From Paraspadella gotoi (taxonomy: Eukaryota; Animalia; Chaetognatha), in the NCBI GenBank assembly GCA_051294375.1, contig CM119268.1:3375856-3439855 (forward strand): a DNA stretch of 64,000 nucleotides, given 5' to 3'. Positions 55,745 through 64,000 of this stretch are shown here, piece after piece. The position numbers were made by a program, and so were the translations under genes. Within the stretch, counting starts at the first letter, position 1; each line of letters starts with the position of its first letter. The notes under the pieces are model-generated. The model was not told the origin of the DNA, did no database searches, and worked only from the letters and a program-made list of their open reading frames with translations.

Positions 55745-55812
55745 AGAGTCGAAACATGTCAGTTTTTTCTTTCTTCTGAAATAAAAACAATCGTTGTTGA
55801 AATAAAAATTTT
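55745..55812 (+). repeat. 3' half of the same hammerhead/pLTR motif, ~80 bp past the XK-like stop codon
   Basis: gagtcGAAACATGTCagttttt…aaataaaaacaATCGTTGTTGaaataaaaatt matches the 58361-58410 segment; the CTGANGA half is not recognisable. Confidence 0.5.
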
Positions 55813-55891
55813 CAAACTCTTTCTAAATATTATTTAAGGAAAAACTCATGGATATTCTAATATATTCAATATTTTAATATAAGCTATATGT

Positions 55892-58300
55892 TCAGGCAGA
55901 AAATAAGTAAAACACTGGAACCAAAGTTAAAAGTCTATATATAACGTTCAAAATACCAGTATGACTGTCAGCGACAATTGTTAAACCCTGCAAAAGTTGA
56001 CTAAAGTTCATTTTCCTTATATAATCAAGAGAAACGTATCTGGATTTTGTTTCGGTGCACTGTGTGAAAATTATATCTAAAGCTTTGAAAGGAATTGTTT
56101 CGGGAAATATCAAATGGACGCTTCTTTTATGTCGCAAATTAAATTCGAGCCAAAAAGCCGAAGGGAGAAAGTAAAACCGATGAACTAATTGGGTAGAAAA
56201 TGAAAACTCTTTAAAATTGTATGGATCCTCGTACGATCTAATTGAGAAACAAATGAACACGAGAATGAAGATAAACGAGGAAAATATTTTAAAAATTTCG
56301 AAATTTATGGCACGTTTAATTTTACTCAGAATCCAAAGGATTATAAATAAACTCGGAGAAATTAAGATAAAGATAAAAATTTTAAAATGATCTTTTAAAT
56401 ATAGATATAGAATTATATGACGATGAAAAGAAGACCATAAGTCATAAGAATTGTATTGAGACGTCAAGTGACACGAATTTCTGAATTTTATCAAAAGATA
56501 AATTGAATCGTAATTTTTGTTTTCATTGGCGAAAAAGGCTGTTATTATAAAAGTAGAAAACACAATTGTGATTTTTATAATCTTATTAATGTGTCGTTTA
56601 AAAAATACTAATAACGCAGACAGAATGCAAAAAATGCTAAAATCAGTTATCAATTTCCCGAAATAAAACGTATGATGCTGAATAATCTTCATGGTATCAT
56701 ATTGTTTTTCTGAATAACAATATCGACAGCTATGCATGCTTCCAATTTTTTCCATATTCCGTTCATAAATAAGAGCAAATTCTAAATTTATTAGGAGAAC
56801 TCCAATGCAGGAAATAATTGACATGACGGAAAACAATGGCGTCTTCTGTTTGAAAAATATCTTGATAGCGTACGCTAAGCCTAAAGCTAAGTCGGTTGTC
56901 ACTATGATAAGTAAAGTGGAATATTTCTGCAGAAAAAGAAAATAATTTCCCGTTAAAATAATCGAAACACTTTTGTACGAAGCAAACCCTTTTTTCTCAA
57001 ACGATAAGAGTTTAGCACAGATTTCATTTCCAACCGAATCGAAATACGAAAGATTCTTAAGGTTTAATAACGGCTTCCTCATAAAAACTTTGATCAATTG
57101 TTTATTTCTTCCCGTTATAGCAACGCACTCTTTATAACCTGCAGTTTTCGTTACTTTTCCATCGAGGGTGTAAAGTAAAATGATCGGTGAGTCCAATATT
57201 CCGAATTTAATCACCCTGAAGTCGTGATAAAATTCTCCGTGACTCGGAATCAAATTGTAAAAGTTGAGTTTTTCAAACATGAAAAAAAATGACATCAAAA
57301 AGTAGCTGAGAATCAGAGAGTTAAAGACGCCTTTGTTTGCAAAGCATTTCCTTCTCCTTTCATTTTCTCCTTCGTTTTCATTTCGAAAATCCGACAATAT
57401 CCCCTTAGCTAATTTACCTATTTCTCGGGGCATTAAAACCCTGAACAATAGGGCCAACGAAAAAATGCCGAAATAACTGGATATTTTGATGCTGTACGTA
57501 AAAATGAAATAAAAAGTGGTGGTGAGCCCTATACAACCCTGTATCACGCCCATGATCAGTCGGACTTTGTCCGCACGTCCGGTTATTGTGGAGAGAAGGT
57601 ACTCTCTGTAATTGGCCGCCGCGTGGGCGAGACTCAGCGACGACGTGACGATTGATACAATGATCATATAATCGTCGCTCGGCCAAGAGCAAATCTCCAC
57701 GTTTTCACCCAATAATTTCTTTTCGGCGTAAAAGTGACACGTGCAAGGAATTCCCCTGTCTTCAATGTCGTTGTTTTCAATCACATCGTGAATCGTGTAA
57801 TTGTTGTTGTTGTGCAAGCAAATTCTCGTCGAGAGCGTGAGCAGATTGAAACCCATGGCGAAGGATTGCAACACCAATTGCGGAAAGGATTCCACGAAGC
57901 AATTGATCAGCGACAATTTCATCAGCAGATTCTCCTTGAACACTTTTCTCTCCGCCATCGCTTCTGGAAATCGCAAGTCGTCCAAATGCAAATCGATGGA
58001 AAATGGAATCGGCCCGAGACCGAAAGCGAGGCAGAGGGCGGTGACGATTTTCGCCCATGATTTTGAGGTCAGTCGGTCGTAGTAGCGACCCTTCGACCGG
58101 ACGACGAGAAATCCGTACGTACCGGAAACGATTTGGTGAAGGAGGGAAATTCCGACGATGGCCTTCCCGACGAACCGGACGTAGAGGTCACGTGATTTCA
58201 AGTATTTGATTCCGGTGTTGATGTCCGTGAAAATGTCGAAGAATTGCAAACATATCGTGACTACGAGCGTCAAAGAATGGAGACTGAATTGGGGCTTCAT
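55892..58300 (-). CDS. Intronless XK-related (Xkr/CED-8 family-like) multi-pass membrane protein, 802 aa, nested antisense in an LRR-gene intron
   Basis: Uninterrupted ATG-to-stop ORF. XK-family-like motifs FDIFTDI..G.KY, FVESFPQLVLQ (cf. LESxPQLxLQ) and SIVTSSLSLAHAAANY, with many hydrophobic segments. Family assignment is by motif recognition only. Confidence 0.8.
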   Translation of the reverse strand: MKPQFSLHSLTLVVTICLQFFDIFTDINTGIKYLKSRDLYVRFVGKAIVGISLLHQIVSGTYGFLVVRSKGRYYDRLTSKSWAKIVTALCLAFGLGPIPFSIDLHLDDLRFPEAMAERKVFKENLLMKLSLINCFVESFPQLVLQSFAMGFNLLTLSTRICLHNNNNYTIHDVIENNDIEDRGIPCTCHFYAEKKLLGENVEICSWPSDDYMIIVSIVTSSLSLAHAAANYREYLLSTITGRADKVRLIMGVIQGCIGLTTTFYFIFTYSIKISSYFGIFSLALLFRVLMPREIGKLAKGILSDFRNENEGENERRRKCFANKGVFNSLILSYFLMSFFFMFEKLNFYNLIPSHGEFYHDFRVIKFGILDSPIILLYTLDGKVTKTAGYKECVAITGRNKQLIKVFMRKPLLNLKNLSYFDSVGNEICAKLLSFEKKGFASYKSVSIILTGNYFLFLQKYSTLLIIVTTDLALGLAYAIKIFFKQKTPLFSVMSIISCIGVLLINLEFALIYERNMEKIGSMHSCRYCYSEKQYDTMKIIQHHTFYFGKLITDFSIFCILSALLVFFKRHINKIIKITIVFSTFIITAFFANENKNYDSIYLLIKFRNSCHLTSQYNSYDLWSSFHRHIILYLYLKDHFKIFIFILISPSLFIILWILSKIKRAINFEIFKIFSSFIFILVFICFSIRSYEDPYNFKEFSFSTQLVHRFYFLPSAFWLEFNLRHKRSVHLIFPETIPFKALDIIFTQCTETKSRYVSLDYIRKMNFSQLLQGLTIVADSHTGILNVIYRLLTLVPVFYLFSA

Positions 58301-58329
58301 TTTACTACAATTTTTAGTTTTAAGTTTTT

Positions 58330-58400
58330 ACAAGCGCGGATGAAGGCTCGAATCAAAGCCGAAACATGTCCCGTCCTTGTAAATAAATCGTTGTTGTAAT
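58330..58400 (+). ncRNA. Degenerate hammerhead/pLTR motif 30 bp upstream of the XK-like ATG
   Basis: acaagcgcgGATGAAGGCT-cgaatcaa-AGCCGAAACATGTC-ccgtccttgt-aaataaatcgttgttg. Same stem II/III and downstream ATCGTTGTT tail as the 55361 copy, but the CTG of the core is altered. Confidence 0.6.
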
Positions 58401-59381
58401 AAATTATTTTCGCATTAAAAGCAAATGTTAAATTGTGAATTGTTTTTCACGTATCTGCGTCTTCTGATATTTTTGCGATGTTCCTTACCTTTTTCTCACT
58501 AATTCGTTATTAATTTTGTACAAATAAATGTCGCCCGTTGCTCTTTTGTTCGCCACCAAGGAAACCTCACGTCTGGACTTTGGATATGACGAACAAAAGA
58601 GGACAGAGAAGATTCGTCAGACGATGAGGGAAACAGAAATGGTGATTCGAATTGGACGAAGGTAGACGATGAAAGATATTGAGTATTGTTCGAATATTGA
58701 GCTATTTTTAGAATTAAAAACAGACTAAGATGCGCAAAAAAATTGGTAGACTACTGAAACCTGGGAAATAAACACGTTCAAACAAACAGATCAAACAAAC
58801 ATACTTTTAAGAGTCATTTTACGAAAAAAAAAGGGAATCACGCAAACTACGTCGCCTGCCGTAATCTAAATCTCGACGTCGCTTAGCAACGGGCACCGAA
58901 GAAGAAATCAACAAGGACGGCCGAAGATGATTGCGAAATTGATTACGATAACTTTATGCGGCTGATTTGACAAATACGAAATTGCCAATCTGATCGGCGA
59001 GGATGATGATGATGATGGGATCGAAGATTGTCGCGCGCGATTAAAAATGGCGACGACGAAGATCCAGTCCATCGCATTTTCGAGATGTTCATTCTCTTTA
59101 ATTTATATGTTTTGAGCCGATTTGCGGAAACAATTTACTCGTTGTTATTTTAATGTCAGCCGATCGACGGGAATAGGCTCTCGATGTGGTTCGACTGCAT
59201 TTTATTTGTAAATTTCTGTCAATATATACACTAATAATACAATTATTGACGTTAAATTCTCGATAGATTAATGGTGCTTGAAAAAACTTAAATTACTCTC
59301 AAATTGGTGAACTCTACTCGGAAAAAAATGATCAAGAAAAATGGATGCGGGATACCAGATTGAAATCGCTCAATCCTCTTT

Positions 59382-59418
<37 letters not shown>

Positions 59419-60613
59419 ACCGCGATTAGGGTTGTATCTTGTTGAGTTTCAGGCGATTAAAATAAAATAAAATAAAAATAAAAATTCAAACAAGCCAACA
59501 TTTGTATACTTTGTATAAAAAAAGTGCTAAAAGGTAAAAAAAATAATTGAATTTAAAAACAGTGACTTTGAAAATGAAACTCCATTTTAAAATCCAACTT
59601 TCTCCACTTATTGTCAAGGCATATCTTGACTTGTTCAATATCAAATTTGAACACATAAACGATTTTGGTATTTTCTACTCAACTAACTTTTTAAAAATCA
59701 ATAGAAATACCACTGGTTAGCAACAGCGTACCGGCGGGAAAGCACCATGATATTAATATACCAATTACATACCATATTGTTATATACCTCTCCTTCTCTT
59801 GTCGTTCGGCTTTCAACGACGTATAACCAAGCCTCCTTCTTTTTAAAAGTCAAGAGAAATAGTACGGTTTACTGTTCTCTTAGCGATGAGACGCGAATTG
59901 ATGTAGACACCCCTGCTTCGTTGTTCACGAAGAGATTCCGATGCAATAGTGAGAACGTGGGTGAGTTGAACAGATCTCTGAGCTCGAGTCTTCATTGATC
60001 CTCTTCTGAGACTTTCTCTCTATCTGCTCCTCTTCCGACTCTGCGCCGTTCTTCTGACTCTCTCTCTTTCTTTCTCTCTCTTTCTCTCCCCTTCCGTCTC
60101 GTCTCTCTTCTGCATACTCTATTTCTTCTCTCTCTCTGCAGTCTGAGCATCCTGAGTGCGTCTCTAGCTCTATTCTCTCTCCTCTCGTCGTCTGCTACTC
60201 TTCTCCTCTGCGCAGTTGGACTCCGAGAAGAGGCGTTTGAGATGTTTCTCTTTTGATCTGTTTTCTGTTCTTCTGTCCCAACCCCAACCCGAGCTACCCG
60301 ACTATTTCCAACCCGACTATTTCCTTGAGCGTTTTAAACCAAATTATGAGTGGACTGAATCATCCGACTACTTTATTCATGGCATCTTTCACCCTCGTTT
60401 CTCGCTCTGTCTCCGGCCTCTTCGGCCCCCTTTCAATCTCCCTCCTTGGCCACCTCCTGTCCCTCACCTTTCCACCCTCCTCTCTCCTCCTCCCTTCTCT
60501 CTCCCCCTGCCCTCTTCTCTCCCTCTCTCCCTCCTCCCCTTACCTCCCTCTCTCCCTCCTCTCCCTCCCCTCTCTCTTCCTCCTTCCCTCCCTCTCTCCC
60601 TTCCCCACCCCAG

Positions 60614-60854
60614 ACTTCGTGTGCACGGATCCGTCGTGAAACACGACTGCACCGAATTTACGTGGCTCCACTCAGCGGCGCTTCGACGACGACGACGAGG
60701 GACGACGGGCGACGACGACGACGGACGACGATTCCGGCGTCACTTGGCGCCGGGAGACGGGAGGAGACGGCCGCGCCGGGGACACGGCGACGGTGACGGT
60801 GCCGACGTCGTTGACGACGTCCCGACGGCCAACGACCCGACGTTTCACATTAAG
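60614..60854 (+). CDS. Exon completing LRRCT (DFVCTDP…C) plus Thr-rich stalk; contains indels
   Basis: acccccag-type acceptor; phase 1 supplies the last LRRCT Cys (DFVC). Downstream peptides KHDCTEFTWL, TTTT… and DDVPTANDPTFHIK lie in shifted frames. Donor AAG|gtccga is approximate. Confidence 0.7.
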
Positions 60855-61249
60855 GTCCGAAGCGTAGGAGAGAGGGGCGGGGCTGTGAGGGTGAGGTGAA
60901 GGGAGAGCGGGCAGGTGGGAGTGAAATGTTAAATGTTAAAGTGTATGTAATGTGAAAAGTGGAAAAGAGAATAAGTCTAAAGTCTAAAATATTTAGTCTC
61001 AGGCTGAAATCTGAAATCTAAACCAAAGGAAAATTTAAAATTAAAGTAAAAAGTATAAAACCGCAAATTGGTAAATGTATAACAAAATGTGCTTAAAAAT
61101 TATTTATACATTGTGGAAACGCTTTCCATTTACGAGAAACACTAACGATTTTAAACTCTCAACTTCTCCCTGCTTCCCGCACGCTTATCCTGCCCGGCCC
61201 CCCCCTTCCCCACTCTTTTTCCCACACCCCCTCCCCACATCACACCCAG

Positions 61250-61382
61250 ATGACGGGACGTGACGCCCAGACGCGTGACGGTCCAATGGGTCGTCGGTTC
61301 CGACGAAGACGTCGACTCTTTCGCGAGTCCAACATCGACTCTTCAAAAACGACACCTACATGACGAGTCCGAAGCTTCACAA
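61250..61382 (+). CDS. FN3 domain exon 1 (…DVTPRRVTVQWVVGSDEDVDSF/RVQHRLFKNDTYMTSPKLH)
   Basis: cacccag acceptor and AA|gtgagc donor; FN3 pattern VTxxxxxVxW…FxVQxR recovered with one indel. Confidence 0.78.
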
Positions 61383-61401
61383 GTGAGCGTCTGCGTCCTC
61401 T

Positions 61402-61493
<92 letters not shown>

Positions 61494-61588
61494 TGTGGTC
61501 AACTTCCTACGTGAAAAAAAGGGGGCGTTGCCAACTTATTTTGGCTTTGCTATTTTTTTTTCATTAATCAATTCAACGTATGTGTTAT

Positions 61589-61628
<40 letters not shown>

Positions 61629-61645
61629 TATCTATCTATCATATC

Positions 61646-61688
<43 letters not shown>

Positions 61689-61839
61689 AAGGATTTTTTT
61701 AATCCCTCTATCCATCCATCCATTAAACCCTCCATCCATCTATCCATCCATCCCTTTATCCATCCATCTATCCATCCATCCATTCATCCTTCCATCCCTC
61801 CATCCTTCCATCCATCCCTCTCCCATTTCCTTCCTCCAG

Positions 61840-62005
61840 TCGCATTCGAAAGTACCACATTCAGCCGCTCAAAGAGGACAGCGACTACATCGTCTGCGTG
61901 GTTCTGCGCCAAGTCTCCACGCGACACGAGAAGAAGAGGTGCACCGACGTGTCGACCACATCCATCACCAGCACCCACACTGGACCCACGGATCAGGAGA
62001 CCACG
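61840..62005 (+). CDS. FN3 domain exon 2 ([55 protein letters not shown])
   Basis: cctccag acceptor, ACG|gtgaga donor, phase 2/0. LxxxxxYxVCV…C is typical of the FN3 domains of LRR-FN3 surface proteins (FLRT/LRFN-like). Confidence 0.88.
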
Positions 62006-62251
62006 GTGAGAGGGACTGTGGGGATTTTTTTTAAAAAAAAGTGCGATAGAAAAGAACTGTGTCAAGCCTCTAGTGGCTTGGTGAACCTGGACAATGCGCG
62101 CAATAGGTTTAATTGAATTAAAAAATTTGAGCAAACAATGTCGGATCTGCCCACGATCATTAGCAGTAATTAATTGATTAATTAAGAAGAGAAACAGAAA
62201 GAGATAGAGAGAAAGAGTGTGAGAGAAGAGAGAGAAAGAGAGAGAGAGAGA

Positions 62252-62304
<53 letters not shown>

Positions 62305-62989
62305 CGACTGACTATGACTCACTCTTTTTTTTTTGGCATAATTTATCATAATTCTATGTTCTGACATGATTTAAGTGAATGACCGACAATATTGAGGGGG
62401 CGGACCGATGGACCGACGAAATGGATTATAGAGTCGGGATCTGCTGATAAAATTCATTTGAATATACTAGATATAGAAATGAATGAGATTTTAAGTTGAC
62501 GGTTCTAGGGATTCTTCAAAATTTAAAATCAAAACTAACCTAATTGAGGTATGAGGGAAGGAGAGGAGTGGTAAGAATTGGAGTGAGTGAGTGAGTGAGT
62601 GAGTGAGTGAGTGAGTGAGTGAGTGAGTGAGTGAGTGAGCGAGTGAGCGAGTGAGAACTTACTAGTGAATTCATGGAGTAAATAGTTGAGGTGTGACGCA
62701 TTCCGAGTGACGGGAAAAGCGTGATAGTTTTTTGCAGTGAACAAAGTCAAGAACAAAAAAAAAAGAGAAATACGACATCGACTGAAGCCGCGTTAAAATC
62801 GCGTGAACGAAAAGTTTAGTAGCAATAAGAAGAACAAGATAATTGATGGAGCGAATAATAATAATAATAATTAGAGCAAGATAATTGATGGAGCGAATTG
62901 TTCAGGAGAGACGAGAAATGGAGCGAGAGAAAAAGATTTCAGTCGCCGCTAATGATAAAAGAAAATTCGGTTTTAATCCGTCGGGAGTT

Positions 62990-63028
<39 letters not shown>

Positions 63029-64000
63029 CTTGGAGGCCGAACTCGGAGTAATTAGGAACAGACCCGTGGACGACGTCGTCGTCGTCGTCGTCGTCGTCGT
63101 CGTTCGTGTTCTACTTGTCTCTGTTTTGTCTCGCGTCTCCTTTGACAGGTTTTCTGGATGTGGGCCTTTTGCCAAATTAGGAGAAATTCGGTTCCATTTC
63201 GGAGGCTGAATATTTTATTCAATTCTCGAGATTTTTCTAAAGGTGCTTGGTCCGTCTCTCACTCTCACCCCTTCTTTGACTTAATCGCGAGTTCTCTCTG
63301 AGATACTCCTCTATCTATCTATCTGTCTATCATCCGGTTTGTCTGTCTGTCATTCAGTCTGTCTGCCATTTTCTCTCTCTTTTTTTTTTCTTTCTTTCTT
63401 TCTTTCTTTCTAAGAAAGGAAAGAAAGAAAGCGGAGGAAAGATTTTAAATTGGGCAGGGAAGTTAGAGAAGGAAAAGAGAAAAAAGACGAAAAATTAATT
63501 CAAAGGATTAAAGGGGGAAAAGGGGAGAGGGGCAAAAAAGGAAAAATGAAGAAAAAGGGAACAGAAAAACGGAACAGGAAAGATTTGATAAAAATGAGGA
63601 AAAAACGAAAAAAACGATGAAGAGAAAAAGAAGCAGAGAGAGAGAGAGAAGAATTTCCCAATGAGAAGCAGAGGATAGTGACGAAGCGAGGGACGAGAAA
63701 GAATCCCGAAAGTTGAGAAAATCTGAGGAGAGAGGGCGAGAGAAAACGGGCGAGGGAGAGTTAAGAGCGAAACACTTAGTTTTAAAACTGACTGCGTCGC
63801 GCGGAATTTGTTCCTTTTTTGGGAAGTCCGGTGACGACCGGACACGAGTGAGAAAAGCAGAGAGAGAGAGAGAGAGAGAGAGATGAGGAGAGAGGAGAGA
63901 GAGAGAGCGGGAGAAGAGAGACGAAGAAAGAGCGAGACGAGAGAGGAGAGAGCTTTTTAAGTTCTTTTATTTGCCAGCAGAAGTAGAAATTCAGCAGGGA

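Noticed and set aside
62898-63209. Transmembrane exon of the LRR-FN3 gene (poly-Val stretch)
   Set aside because: The hydrophobic run is a (GTC)n microsatellite, and no convincing phase-0 acceptor links it to 62005.

Overview
Eukaryotic, most likely invertebrate animal, genomic DNA. It is AT-rich, full of (AG/CT)n, (GTC)n and other microsatellites, contains many N gaps, and includes stretches that look like error-rich long-read sequence. Almost all ORFs in the supplied track are microsatellite artefacts. Read by hand, most of the window lies inside one + strand multi-exon gene for an extracellular LRR-LRRCT-(Ser/Thr stalk)-FN3 protein: probable early exons at ~974-3054, clear exons at 44301-62005, and no transmembrane exon seen. 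The ~41 kb interval between the early and late exons is inflated by a roughly triplicated block (probably haplotypes or gap-fill copies). The copies differ by transposon presence or absence, so empty and filled sites define several insertions: a 2.96 kb Chapaev-like element with ~830 bp TIRs, a LINE in a (GA)n tract, a ~1 kb MITE, and a 380 bp LTR-like insert carrying a 43 nt copy of the mature tRNA-Leu 3' half including CCA. A later intron holds an intronless 802 aa XK-related (Xkr-like) ORF on the - strand, closely surrounded by three related Penelope-type minimal hammerhead ribozyme motifs. This candidate hammerhead-bounded cargo-gene unit is the most interesting thing in the window. All calls come from manual reading; no database searches were run.
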